A stretch of DNA of 64,000 nucleotides, taken from positions 3,210,084-3,274,083 of the forward strand of contig MU056050.1 of NCBI GenBank assembly GCA_013239625.1, written 5' to 3'. This document shows positions 14,135-26,385 of the stretch, piece after piece; the first letter of the stretch is position 1; each line of letters begins with the position of its first letter. The position numbers were made by a program, and so were the translations under genes. Below the pieces are notes generated by a model, which worked only from the letters and a program-made list of their open reading frames with translations, did no database searches and was not told the origin of the DNA. This stretch comes from Lama guanicoe (taxonomy: Eukaryota).

Positions 14135-14779
14135 CTATGCTGTCTAGTTAAAGGAGTCCCCTGATTCAGGAGGTGTTAGAGTAGGTATATCCCATCCTGA
14201 GATATTCAGAGTTTGATCTTCCAACTAACTCCTTTATTCTTTCATATCCGTTGTTGTCAAGTAATGGGTAGCAGAACACACCATCTCAAAATGTAACACT
14301 TTGGCATTTGTACTGTTTTGAGCTGAATCCAATTAAGACCCAGCAGACTCAGGAAAAGCTTTTTACCTTGCTCTTAACTGCCTAGAAGAAGACACAGGGG
14401 GCCATACCAGGAAGAGAGCTACTACAAGAGAGAACATTTTACATCTCAGAGACTCACGTGCCTGGCATGGCAAACATTTCTTTGCCAAACATTTGCTCTT
14501 CTCATCTTCCTATAAATTGTTTTCTTTCCCTTGGAAGCCCCAGACCTCTCCCTACTTCTCCATAGTTCAGGATGATATAAACCTCAAGTGCCTGACTGCC
14601 TTTGAGTCTCATATTTTTATGGGTTCCTGTACCTATGAAATTTGTTTTTCTGTTGTTAATCTGTTTTATGTCAATTTAATTATTAAAGCAGCCAAAGAAC
14701 CTAGAAGGCAAAAAGAGAAACTTTTTCTATCCCTACACAGGCAACCTTCTGGTTATCATTTGATTTCCGGCGTAGCTTC
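14135..14779 (-). pseudogene. Exon relic split by a solo LTR
   Basis: Mutated acceptor (tattgg), KLRRKSNDNQKVA, then LTR 14262-14737, then the remainder to donor TAG|gtaaag. Confidence 0.4.
14262..14737 (+). mobile_element. ERV1 solo LTR (MER34/MER39-like)
   Basis: Starts taatgggtagcagaac, ends ccctaca; flanks caag/cagg (4-bp TSD with one mismatch). Confidence 0.75.
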
Positions 14780-14866
14780 CCAATAGGAAATTATGCTTAG
14801 ACCACTGACAAGAATATTTTAACTTGCTTAAACACTGTATTGCATATTTAAAATGAATCAATTTAC

Positions 14867-14940
14867 CTACTGCTTTTATACATCAGTCTCTGATGAGTTT
14901 GGTTAAGATGAGACAGACTCTCGATAATCAACTCAAGATG
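14867..14940 (-). pseudogene. Stop-free exon relic
   Basis: ctattatgttatag|CATCTT...CAGTAG|gtaaat. HLELIIESLSHLNQTHQRLMYKSS, phase 0 to 2. Confidence 0.55.
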
Positions 14941-15489
14941 CTATAACATAATAGAATAGACTTGAAGTACCAGTCAGTGGTACAGGATAGTACTGCCCCA
15001 GGAGGCTCAGATTTGCAATCCAGTATTTCTAGATTATAACCCTATTTTGTCAATCTTTGAAAAAAAATCCAAGTAGGTGAAATTTCAAATTATTCACAAA
15101 TACTTTATTTTGCTCATCAGTGTTTACTCTAGTTTTGAATGGTCCATGAATATTTGGAACATCTTATAGTAGCTTCACACTGAAAATACATTTCTCTCGA
15201 GTAGGAACTATATATAGCTCATGTATTATTAGCATAATAGACCAATGTTACTCTTGAATATTAAAAAAAACTACATATATATAAATGTGCTGGGGCATTT
15301 CCAGGTAAAGCTAGGAAATGTACATTGTAAGAATGTTAAATATGAAGCATAATATATACTCACTACAATATTATCTTATTTAGAAGCAGGGAAAGAAATT
15401 GCTCTATATTCTCTGCCTTAATTCTGTATTTTCAAAGTGGGAAGCAGCTGACATTTGTACAGGAAGACAAATTAATGAAGGGTGCTTAC

Positions 15490-15511
15490 TCTTCCCATTG
15501 GGTTCTCAGAC
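15490..15511 (-). pseudogene. 22-nt micro-exon relic
   Basis: acatag|GTCTGAGAACCCAATGGGAAGA|gtaagc. GLRTQWE, phase 1 to 2, bridging both neighbours (next exon 15128-15179, phase 2 to 0). Confidence 0.5.
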
Positions 15512-15672
15512 CTATGTCTTGTGTATGCAACATATATGCTTTGGCAAGTATATATACATAATCGTGCTCTGTTAAATTATATTTTAACTGCATGATTTAA
15601 AATAAATTTGTAACAAGTTGTACTGCAAAATATTTTTGTTTATAGATTACCCCCTCTAATACCTACACATAC

Positions 15673-15863
15673 CAGTTTAGGTTTATGGTATGCAGCGGGA
15701 CTGTGTGGCCAACTTCAAAGGATTTAGTGGACCATCAGCCAACATTCAAATTATTTTCTCAAACATTCATGAAATTCTTAAGTGAACAATACCCACAAAT
15801 TGAACATTCTGGAAATCAACTGTATCCAAATGAAAGATCTTAAAAGTAATATATATGTAATTG
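15673..15863 (-). pseudogene. Exon relic
   Basis: catttctgctttgtag|CAATT...AAACTG|gtatgt. NYIYITFKIFHLD...VHLRIS*MFEKII*MLADGPLN versus RGSL1 KLRVNVP...AILAAITEGYLD. Confidence 0.6.
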
Positions 15864-16267
15864 CTACAAAGCAGAAATGAGAAACCAATGGAAGTCTGGT
15901 GCTCTTATAGCTGAACTTTAATATGGAAGCAGTATTATCATGGTTCAACCACTTGCCAGTTTTTCATTTGAGCCACTATTTATATGGACAAAATCAGTTA
16001 TTATACAATGCTCTCCCTTCTTCTTCTTATCTGTGATAATGCAAAAAGCAAGTAAGAAGGACAAAGCAAAGGCATGAACATGGTCTAACAACAACCCAGT
16101 GCAAATATGGGATGGAGAGACTACTTTCTATCCTTTAAAAAATAAAGTGAATATGAAAATGTGACACCAAAATCTCAATTCGAAAGAGGTTATTAGTTCT
16201 ATAATCTCAGGAATTCTATACTTTCCTCTTAGTGTTTATGAAAACATTAGTAATTTCAATACCCTAC

Positions 16268-16545
16268 TCTATCATTTAAATGAAAATAACATTGTTCGCC
16301 AACACAACTCTCAGTTTTAAAGTGTTATACAGCATTTCGTTACAGTGCTAATTGTTAACACTTCTATACAAAAGCAGATGCATATTAGTTGGAATTGAAA
16401 TATCTGAGGTCATCAGCCATGGTATTGATCATGTATTGAAGTTACTATTCTGTGAAGCTATCTGGGAGTGTAATCTTACTAACAATTAATGTCTATAAAC
16501 ATTTTGTGTGGACTTTCGCCATATGGAATTAAAGGATATCACAAA
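16268..16545 (-). pseudogene. Exon relic with frameshift(s)
   Basis: cttttcccaaag|TTTGT...GATAGA|gtaggg. ICFCIEV and HCNEMLYNTLKLRVV; ends in phase 2 matching the next exon. Confidence 0.5.
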
Positions 16546-16672
16546 CTTTGGGAAAAGTTATTGTCTTTTAAATCTTGTCTTGGTGTTATTGGCAAAAAGC
16601 AGAATTTGATATCAGATTGTTTGTTTTTAGCTTCTTTCCTATTTCTTTTAATCCTTTGACTTCAGGCCCTAC

Positions 16673-16867
16673 CTTTAGGCATACTCTTGATGTAGCCTGA
16701 TATTCATAGTTTAGTACCAGGGACAATCTCTATCACAAATGTATTGAAGGATCACCAATTCTCAGCAGGCACTCTCTTATTCCTCAAGAGCATATTCAAA
16801 CAATAGCATCAAACTTTGGCTGTTTGGGGCCAAAAAGGTTTTGACAATGGTGTAAGCTTTTCAACTA
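16673..16867 (-). pseudogene. Exon relic (RGS helix 5-8)
   Basis: cacaaag|TAGTT...CTAAAG|gtaggg, 195 nt. *KAYTIVKTFLAPNSQSLMLLFEYALEE*ESAC*ELVILQYICDRDCPWY* matches the RGS KA..I...FL.P.S motif and RGSL1 EICKMLSPWY. Confidence 0.7.
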
Positions 16868-16896
16868 CTTTGTGAAATTGGATGAAAAAATGAGCT

Positions 16897-17415
16897 TAAA
16901 AGGGAGCAGAATTTGCCACCCCAAAATATGCCTCCTTGGCATAAAGATTATTTTGATCTGGTTGTTTTTTTAAACAAAAGACACTGGAGAAACTCTAAAA
17001 ACCGAGTAGAAGTTGTCCTTTTGTAAGAGAGATTTATATTTATAGGTGAAAGCTCCATTTGTAAGGGCATCTCCCTCTGTGTACCAGGAAAAGAAGGATG
17101 ACTAAATCTCTACAAACCCTTATCAATGGTGAAGGTAATGACTTAAATCTGGGTAACAATTTTACCGTTGTTCACTGTGCTTTTCCTGATAACCTCTCAT
17201 AACTGCCCCCTCGTTTGTCTTTAGCTGGAGAAGGTATTTAAGGTGGTGGTTTAGGCCATTTACGGGAATTACTCAGCTTTCTCGGGTATCTCCCAAGGTA
17301 TACATGTTATTAAACTTCTGTTTGTTTTTCTCCTGTTAATCTGTCTTTTATTATGAAGGGTTCTTAGCCAAAAATCTAGAAAGGTAGAGGGAATATTATT
17401 TTTTCCTTCCCTACA
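16897..17415 (+). mobile_element. ERV1 solo LTR (MER34-like)
   Basis: agggagcagaatttgccaccccaaaatatgcc...ccctaca; perfect 4-bp TSD agct (16893-16896 and 17416-17419). Confidence 0.85.
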
Positions 17416-18882
17416 AGCTTTAATATTATTTTATACATTTCCAATTAAAACTACTTTAACCCCCCTCCCAGTTCCCTAAAGAAGCGCTAAATGATTTACA
17501 GAAATCTAGAGAATAATGAAATAAGGAGCTAGAATCTAAAAGTTAGAACATGCACTTGAACACAAACAAACAGACTAGCCATTTAAAGGTAGCACAAATG
17601 TAGTGAAAATTTGGCTAAGGCTTTCATTTGGAAAGTATGTGGCTGCACTTTGTCATACTTTCCCATATTCTACTTTTCCTAACAATTGATGACTACTGCC
17701 TGGTGCTTTATACTTTCTAAAATACTTTCACCTGATCATCACTGGGTATAGTCACTGAGAGAAAGTCAGGGACTACAAAAAGCTATTGCATAAACCATTT
17801 CCAAGTGCAGTGTCACTTTCTCCAAAAGCTGTGAGGAATGCTACTTCACATGGAACTTTTTATTGGGAACATATATGAAAAAAGAGTAGTTACTGGAAAA
17901 GAGGAACATTAAAGACTATTATTATTGTTAGCTGCCCCCAGTTAAACACAACCTATCTTGGTTAAGGACAGTTTATTTTCTCTACTATGCAGCAAAGAAA
18001 AACTCAAAAGCCAAACTATAGGAAGAACATTTAGTTTTGGCTAAAAGAGTTTTATAATTTTATTATTTAACTATGTATTATTTGTCTCATTTTTATTTAT
18101 ATATATAATATTTACAGCCAAATACCAAACAGTAGATAATGCCTGTAACAGAGATAAACAGGAAGTAAATGAATGAATCAGCATTTTACCTAGCCTTCTA
18201 CTGTGATGAATACTAATTTGTTAATGTGAAAGTTTCCACATTAAAATGCTAAATTAGCCTTGGCCCTTGTTGTGAAATTTAGGCAAGCAAAAAATTTCAA
18301 ATACATTATCACATATTAATTGCCAATAATGACTTGCATCAAGGTAATTTGTATTATTTAAAATAAGTTAACAGATACAGAAAGAGTCCTAATTAATGAA
18401 TTTACCAATTATCTGTCTTGTTATAAGTATGAGCTTGTGTTCTGCTTTTAGTTCTTTTCTATCCACGTATGCATGTGTATTCTACTTACAATGATTTCTG
18501 AAGCTACAAACGTTGGCTCCATGACCTGTCCTATTCTTTGTGACCATCATTTCTTTCTTTTTGTGTGTGTGCGTGTGTGTGTGTGTGTGAGACCATCATT
18601 TCTTTATCTGTTCACTCAATGCTTTGTCATAGAATTAAAGTATCAAAGCAAATCAGTCTATGCACATACAAAATATTTCATTAGGAAACAAATTCTTTAA
18701 AAAAAAAGTAACTTCATAAGATACCGGAAAAATACCACACATAAAAGAAATAATTCAAGTGAGATATTGTATGATGAGACTTAATTTTCTTCCATTCTCT
18801 TAATATGCGTGGACCAAAAAAAAAAAAGCTTCTTTTCCATTACCTCATCTTAAGTAGTTTTTCAAATCAAACCCATACTCAC

Positions 18883-19044
18883 ACTCATGCTGTCACTGAT
18901 AATGGATCTTGTGTCAAAGAAAAAGAGCATAAAGGACCCGATAATAAGTGCAATTATCAAACATCAAAAATGTAGATCAAAGTGGATTTTCCGACTTCTA
19001 TATGCAGTCACTTCACAGCATTTTACTATTCATATCATGTAGAC
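18883..19044 (-). pseudogene. Exon relic
   Basis: tcctgtcag|GTCTA...ATGAGT|gtgagt, 162 nt (phase-preserving). All frames carry stops; the phase-2 frame has LHIEVGKSTLIYIFDV (helix 3-4-like). Confidence 0.55.
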
Positions 19045-19150
19045 CTGACAGGATATATTAATTTTCTCTATTATGAGAGCAATGGGATTGGCACACTTCA
19101 GTCAGAAGCTGGCAATAAGAAGAATCATTATTTCTCTATTTTACCTTAGT

Positions 19151-19156
19151 GGTGTG

Positions 19157-19195
<39 letters not shown>
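19151..19195. repeat. (TG)n microsatellite
   Basis: Direct observation. Similar tracts occur at about 10801-10828, 18562-18589, 51044-51060 and (CA)n at 52305-52328. Confidence 0.95.
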
Positions 19196-19198
<3 letters not shown>

Positions 19199-19699
19199 TA
19201 AAATACACTCCCCAGACACACCACACTATGTCTCCAGAGGTGATAGAGAGCCTTCAGGGAGATGTTAACCTCTCAGTGAAGGATGGATCCAGGCAAGGAT
19301 TTTATCTCTTTCAGATAGTAAAATATTTTCTCTCTCTGGGAAATACCTGACCTATCTTTGGGAGGACTGAATTATCTGAGGGAAACTGGGAATACTTCTA
19401 GAAACTTGCCAGCCTGAATCATTTCAATAACTCAAGTAATCTAATTTTTCCCCTTCCTAAATCCCATACCCCCTCCTTCCCCCCAACACTTTTCCCGAAA
19501 CCTTTTTTCTTTGAGAGAATTTGCATTTTCTTTTCGTGCTCAGTGCTGAATAAAACTCGTGCACTAGGTACTCTGCAGGTAGATTTCTAGAGTCTTGTAG
19601 CCTTGCAAGCTTCCAGTAACTGTAGGTCATTTTGTTCTTAGATTGTGTCTATTACTTGGTCAGGGCATTAGAAAAATATGTCAGTGACACAGGAATTAC

Positions 19700-19885
19700 C
19701 TCTAAACTGGCCTTCCACTGCAGTACTGTTGACAATGATCAGGAGAGAGAAAAATTTCTGGTTCTTTTTGTAAAGATCCATCTAAAACTCCAAGAGACAG
19801 ACTTTCCCAATAATAAACTCTTTAGAGTCATAAGTTTGTGCCATTTCTCAGCCACAGGAAAAGAGCAAACACTGCTTCATCTTTT
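19700..19885 (-). pseudogene. Exon relic
   Basis: ctcaatttttatag|AAAAG...TTAGAG|gtaatt, 186 nt (phase-preserving). ...QKEPEIFLSPDHCQQY versus RGS22 KERLPAFLESDCYFEY. Confidence 0.6.
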
Positions 19886-20345
19886 CTATAAAAATTGAGA
19901 ACATATTTGTTAAAAGGGAAATAGATTATTTGTGAAAGAAAAAGGGCAAGGCCATATGCCCAATGCCAGGCATTAGAAAAAAATTAAAAGGTTTCTTTAA
20001 GGTTAAAACAAAAAAAAAACATTTAAAAAAGGCAAAACATTTTCAAATTAGTAAGCTGAAAATCAATTGTTTATAATAAAGTTTCAGTGAGTTTTAACTA
20101 TTTTGAGGTTAAAAAAACAGCAAGTCATTAACATATAACTTTAAACTCCAGGAAAGACAATTTTTGTTTTGTTTTAACAATCTCAATCATGCTTTTCTCT
20201 ACACTTGGGCAGTTCTTGAATGTTAGTTTGAAAATAGACAGATTTCTAAATATGGGCTTAAATGTTTGGTTAAAGTAACTTAAAAGTATCCCATGAAATA
20301 AATAAATATTATAATATATAGATTAGCCAATTAGCATACTCATAC

Positions 20346-20619
20346 ATTTTCTTGACAGGGTAAAATGGCTTGGAATCTGGCATAGTGCTGAAGCTGTTCA
20401 CCACAATATAGTTAGCTACAGGTTTCTGGAATTAAATGTGCCAGGCAAGAAAATAATTTTACAGTCTTCTCCCCATGGGAGGAAATATGGATAAAGAATT
20501 TTAAATGGCAGACTTCATCAATAAATTACGGTCAATGTAACAGGGTTGCAGAATTGGCTAGTGGTTTCTATCATGACCGGTAAATACTGCTCTTGTCATT
20601 GTTTTTAAAGGGCAAAGAG
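20346..20619 (-). pseudogene. Exon relic (RGS helix 3-5)
   Basis: Very long pyrimidine tract ...tttcctag|CTCTT...GAAAAT|gtatga. DEVCHLKFFIHISSHGEKTVKLF, then after a frameshift KPVANYIVVNSFS. Confidence 0.6.
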
Positions 20620-20879
20620 CTAGGAAATATGAGAAGACAACAGAAATAAAATAAAATAAAATGAAAATCATAGCATATGTAGACTGGGAAGCAGATATCT
20701 TAATATAACAGAGCCGTCATCACAATTATGCTTCAAGCAATAAAACATGTGGAGCTTAAAGAATAAAAAATGACTATTAACATGTCAATGGAATGCCTGT
20801 TAAAAGACCTACTTATTAGAGAGACAAAAGGCCATTTACAATTACATTTTATATTGCATACAAACTTAAATGTATAGCG

Positions 20880-21090
20880 TAAAGACTAGGGGTTCTGGAA
20901 ACTGATGACCAAGGTTCAAATCCCAGCACATCACCTAATATCCCTGAACCTCTCTGGGCCTGTTTCATCATCTGTAAAAGTGGTCAAATAACAAATATCC
21001 CATAGCTCTCTGGAGAGAAATAAACGAGTTAGTTCAGGTACTTAGAATGGTGCCTGGCATATAGTAAGTATACCCTAAATTTTGCAATTC
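20880..21090 (+). mobile_element. MIR SINE
   Basis: ggttcaaatcccagc...aacctctctgggcctgtttcatcatctgtaaaa...gtgcctggcatatagtaagt. Confidence 0.7.
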
Positions 21091-21599
21091 TTACTAAGAA
21101 AAAGGAACACAGAATAATTTAAATACAAATATTTAGTAGCAGACCTAGTTCTATGCAAAGCTGTGAAATGACTCAAAGTTTCCTTTAGAGCACTTTCTTC
21201 CCTCTTTCTTTAAAACTCCCCTTCCTTTACAGCTTCCTTTTCGCCCCCCAAGTGGCCCTTTCCCGTCAGGCTATGAAATCCCACCCAAATATATATTCTT
21301 AAATAAAACTACAATCCAGCCCCTTTTTAAAAATTTTCTATATCCCAACAAAACTGATTCCTTCTGTGGCACATTCTCTCAAGTCAGTGCCACGAGACAG
21401 CATCTAGAATGACGAACTACCATGGAGGTGGGGCTGATATTCTGAGTAGAGGCTTCAATGCCTGAATCCAAAGGATTAAGTATTCAGGGATGATCATATC
21501 AAGAACTGATGACTCTAAATATGCTGTTTGCTGACTCCTCCCAATTAGTTGAAGGCTAACTCCAAAGCTCCTAGAGCTTAGGTTTATATATCAAGATGA

Positions 21600-22410
21600 A
21601 ATTCAATATATAGCTTGGGTATCTCAGAAACATACATTTAACATGCCAAAAATATAACTCTTGATTCCCTTACTCTCACGATACTCTTTTCCTCATCTTA
21701 CCTAGGTGACACCAAAAGGTACCCAATTGCTTAAGCAAGAAAATGGAATTATCTTAGATTTCAACCTCTTCCATACCTCCTACATCTAATTCATCACCAA
21801 ATTCTATTGGCTTCCTTCAGAAATATCTTGCACCTATCCGTTTCTGTTTCCTAGTCAAAGCTACCTCTCACCTGAATAACTGCAATAATCATCTTCCTGG
21901 TCCCCCATTTCCCATCTTACCCCTTTCAATCTATTTCCTATACAATAATCAGCCCTAGAGTAATCTTTAAAGAACAAATTGGATATTTCTTTCCATTGCT
22001 TAAATCCTTTCAATGGCTTCCTATTGCATTTAGGAAGATGTCTATAAACTCATCATCATGGCCTCCAAAGCCTCATGAGACTTGACCACTGTTTAGCTTA
22101 CAGTTTCCTGTTGAGCTATTCTCCCCCTAGTTCACCATTTTTGGCACACTGATCTTTCAGCAGTCCCTAGACAGGGTCCTCTTTTTCCACCACCAGTCCT
22201 TTGCCTATGTTTTTAAAAGAGTCTCCCTATCCTACCCTTGCCTCATCACATCTTGTATATTTCCTTAATAATTCAAAATTCTTTCTGTGTTTATTTGATG
22301 TTCCCCTCTTTTTTACCACTAGCATATAAGCTCCATAAGCAGCATAGTTCAATGTTGTATCTCCAATGTCCGGTTGTAGTAGGTGCTCAACAAATATATG
22401 AATAATAGCA
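21600..22410 (+). mobile_element. L2 LINE fossil
   Basis: L2 3' region motifs (cttaaatcctttcaatggcttcctattgca; gtagtaggtgctcaacaaatat). Confidence 0.7.
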
Positions 22411-22794
22411 TGTTTTGATACTTGTTTAATGAATGGTGAAGAAGGAACACTTTTAAAAAATCTCTTTTAAAAGTGAAAGATGTAAATAGCTTCTCATTGC
22501 TACAATGTATAAGACCAACTCATCATCTAAAAAGGTTCCTCAATACAACACCAACATGGCATTTTGATCATATAAAAGCTAACTATCCCTTAGAAGGAGC
22601 TAATATTTTAGAGTTAAACATGACAGTCAGTATGTGTAATACTGCCTGTTTTTCTTTGTCATACGTGTTCCAGTTAATACTTATTATACTTGCAAAATGT
22701 CTTTGCTTTAAACCTCCTGTTGAACTAGTAGGTTCAGTTATTTCTTTTACAGATAATTTAAAGAACACCCTAGGAAATGAAATGTGACTTTAAC

Positions 22795-22943
22795 CTAAGG
22801 TGATAGTTTCTGAGTACTCAGCATGTAATGAGATGCTAAAATCTTTCACAGGCCAAAACATGGAAGTAAGTTGAGTTTAAAATAAAAGGCATGAGATGGC
22901 TCTGGATTCAAACTTATTTTGGGGATTTATTTCTGAAGATAGC
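22795..22943 (-). pseudogene. Exon relic
   Basis: ttcttgttgctttttcag|GCTAT...CCTTAG|gttaaa. V*IQSHLMPFILNSTYFHVLACERF versus recalled RGSL1 TWLEKCRLPFFCKTNLCFHYILCQEF. Confidence 0.6.
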
Positions 22944-23225
22944 CTGAAAAAGCAACAAGAAAAAATTAGAACTGTAACTTGATTATAGGCACTTTCCCTT
23001 CAAAATTAATAAGGGCTACTTGGTTCTAATAATATTCTAATGATGCCAATTAAAAGTCACTCTCATCTACTCTCAAGGACTGAGATAGTCTCTCAATCAA
23101 AGTCATTTTATTAGCTTTAGTTCTGATCCAGGTCATGACATTCAAAAAGAATTTTTTTCTTTTTTTAAAGAAGCGTTTAGAAAATTCAAAAAGAGCCAAC
23201 AATATACTTTCACCTCCAGACTTAC

Positions 23226-23289
23226 TATTTAAGCCTAAGGAGACTATGACAATCTTATTTGTGTTATCTTGTGGTACCATAATTGCTCT
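23226..23289 (-). pseudogene. Exon relic
   Basis: cttctttctcacag|AGAGC...TAAATA|gtaagt, both sites strong. EQLWYHKITQ... Confidence 0.55.
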
Positions 23290-24839
23290 CTGTGAGAAAG
23301 AAGTCATTTCTTATGAGGAACTCATATCCCTAACTCCTTTAAGTGCTTTTGGTATCAGATTAAATATTAATTTGAAGTACATCTGTGCTTATTCAGTTCA
23401 GCAAGTCCTGCTTATGAACAGTGGCATAACACATTTTCATTTCGCAGCACATAGCAATATGCACTACATTGCTCTTCCACCAGGGATCAGTATTTTGGAA
23501 CAGATAACAGACCTCTATGACCTTTGCATTATATTTTATATACTTTCCTATCCAAGTCAATTTATAAAATCAGGACTCCTCAACACTAAAACTCAGGATA
23601 ATCTTTCTGTTTTCTTCCTTCTAAAACAAGTACCTTGAGTACCACCATCTTGGGACCAGCATCAAATATTAGATTTCAAGAATATTGTGCTCTGCTGGGG
23701 AGAGCTCCTTATTATGCTAAATATAGAAGACACAGTTTGTCAAACAAAATAAAATTTGTTTGAAATTTTATAAAATATAATGTACCAACCTATATCTGCT
23801 GGAGTGCCAAAAGCAATCTTAGTTATTTAAACCTGATTTATACTTATGGGACCTTGACATTCATTATTATCACTGGATTTTCTATGAAGAAAAAAAAGTT
23901 TTCCTGGATTGTGAAAGATAACTATACATCACTAGTTTCACTTTGGTATTTAAAATACCCATTTAAACTATAATGAGTATTTCTAGATTTCTATTAGCTC
24001 ACCTTCCATGAGAATGTGGTAGGAATAAGGGGCATCAGCCTAATGGAACCACGTTATCTAGCAGTTGAAAAAAATATAGTCATTTCCCATTCCCTGGTCA
24101 CCCCAGCATGTCTCCTACTCCCATTCTTATTGCTACTCTGAAATAAATTAGAATTTGTATTTCATCTCCACAAGTAGACTAAAAACTCCTTGTGTACTCA
24201 GGTTATATCTTACTCAATTCTGTAGTTCATCAAGTGCCTTGTACATGGTAATGACACAAATATTTGTTGAACTGACATTTAGTGCTAATGTGACTGAACT
24301 GGATGGGTCTGCTGCCCTGTCTTCAATCAGGTGAGTAGATGAACAAGAGCTATCTTCAGGTGATTGTTTTCTGAGAGGTTTTCCATACTGCATTGTTTTG
24401 GGGTTTCCCAAGATGATTTATAGGAGCCTTTTTCTTTCCAGCTTTTCAGTCACTAGGTTTTCCTAGAGATTGGTCAATCCAGGTATAATATTACCTTGAT
24501 AAGACAGAGGGCTTAAAATACTGTAATTCAAAAACTTCCTTCTGAGGGCTCACTGTTTACTTGATTGCAGTTTGCAGAGAGGGTGGTGTGACTTATTTTT
24601 CCCGGCAAACATAATTAAAGTCTTAACACTATAACTGAGCTAGCTCAGTGATAATAGCATTTGATTCAGGGTGGGCTTATTTAGTGGTTCTTAAGGAATT
24701 TGGTTACTTGAAAAAGTTCCACTGTTTTAGCCCCAAGTGGTCTTGTAACTATCAAAACAGATTATTGGACCCAAGAGTGGGGTACAGCAAAAAGATGTGT
24801 TTGTTGCCATCTTACATCTACTGATCTTATAGTACTTAC

Positions 24840-24923
24840 GTCATCTATAAGTAACAGGGTTTGCTAATGTGTCAGTAGCAGCTAAAGATTTTGAATACCC
24901 TCAAGTAAGTAAAGAGTATTTTT
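24840..24923 (-). pseudogene. Exon relic
   Basis: gtctttag|AAAAAT...GATGAC|gtaagt. SKSLAATDTLANPVTY (A.D..A.P motif), followed by candidate exon 24495-24748 (tgatag|...AAG|gtaata). Confidence 0.5.
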
Positions 24924-25309
24924 CTAAAGACTAGATTGAGGCAAAAATAGATAAAAAGTTTTAACTCTACCTTATTACAAATTAAACCCAATGTACACTA
25001 CTGAAAGACATTTTCAACTCCATCTCTTCTCATTGGCTTTTTTCCTTCAGTGAGTAGGTATTTCAATCACATAGAGAAGTACTGAGAGTAATATAACAAA
25101 CATCCATAAATCCACCATGGGAAATTAACAAATGTTAACCTTTCATCATATTTGCTTCATATCTTTTATTACAGAATTAAAACATTACAGTTACTCTTGA
25201 AGTCTCATTCTTACCTCTTCTAAATTCTATTCTGCTCCCTTGTTCCCCAGAGGAAACCAGTATCTTGAAGGGAGTATGTATTCATTTTGTCAGTTCTTTG
25301 ACGGTATCA

Positions 25310-25690
25310 AGCTCTTTCCTGCTTCAAGGCCTTTCTAAGCACTGTTCCCTCTTGCTAATGTGCTCTTCCTCACTCTCTTCACTAGGATATCACCTGTTCA
25401 TTCTTTGGGTTTCAGCTGAAATGTTGCTTATTCATAGATAGCAACCTAACTCTACCCAAATTGTGTCTACCCCAGCCCATCATGTTTTCTAATGGCACCC
25501 TCTCATTTCACATGAGTTCCTACAGTCATATTGATCTACTTGTGTGTTTATTGTGTGTTTATTCCTGGAGCCAACTAGACTATGAGCTCCCTGGGGCACA
25601 GATCATGTCTGTCTTGTTTATCACTGAATACTTTGCACTTAACGCAGTTCCTTACACACAGTAGGATTTCAATAAATATTTTTGAAAGAC
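25310..25690 (+). mobile_element. L2 3' end
   Basis: actagactatgagctccctggggcacagatcatgtctgtcttgttt...tcaataaatattt. Confidence 0.7.
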
Positions 25691-26248
25691 AAACTACTAT
25701 AATCTGACAATCAATATAACCCATAATAAAATCTCAATATTTGGCTATGATCATTAACCCCTCCAATGTACTTTCTACTTTCCAGTCTAACCACATACAT
25801 GACATTCTGAAAAGGAGTAGCATCGTGATGTACTGTGTAATTAAAAGTACAAGTTATATATTATATGCCTTGTAGGAACCTAGAGCACTAAGATGTATAT
25901 ATATTTTTAAATTTTGTAGGTGATATAACTGTGTTCCCATAGACTTCAATGTTTTTAAAAATATTAATTGGCAGTAATTGCACTATTTACATGTTAATGA
26001 ACAACACCTGGCCCCAGCTGGGTATAAAGACGCTGACAATGTTTTTCTCTCACCTCCCTGGCAAAGAACTAAGCATATGCAATTTTAAAGAGACCTGCTT
26101 GCCAGAAATAACACATTCATAATTGGTAGGACAATATGAAATTAGTTCACACGTTTCACCATTCTCAAACAAATGTGTAATATTTTTCATGTTTAAAAGC
26201 TTTATGATTCAAAGAGGACCTGATTTCCTACACTTAATGATTACTCAC

Positions 26249-26385
26249 AATCACTAAATTATTCCTGTCGATAAATGTGCCAGAAACTGGCTAAATGGAG
26301 GCTCAAGTGGCCTCCTGTAATAAGGGCCCAGCTCCTGGCTTAATCCCTTGGAAAAAACTGAGTTTCCTTTGAAGTCATTCAAAAT
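26249..26385 (-). pseudogene. Exon relic
   Basis: ttaattatag|ATTTTG...GTGATT|gtgagt. ILNDFKGNSVFSKGLSQELGPYYRRPLEPPFSQFLAH; phase 2 matches candidate exon 25799-25879. Confidence 0.6.

Noticed and set aside
19710..19800. LSPDHCQQYC as a WSC or polycystin motif
   Set aside because: The remaining WSC cysteine pattern is absent, and the context fits the RGS22-like FL.SD...Y motif better.
23135..23638. Longest non-L1 ORF (167 aa, plus strand)
   Set aside because: No recognisable domain or splice structure; it lies antisense to minus-strand exon relics and is likely a chance or shadow ORF.
24320..24340. Plus-strand consensus donor CAG|gtgagt (another near 53064)
   Set aside because: Isolated sites with no supporting plus-strand exon chain; a lncRNA cannot be excluded without RNA data.
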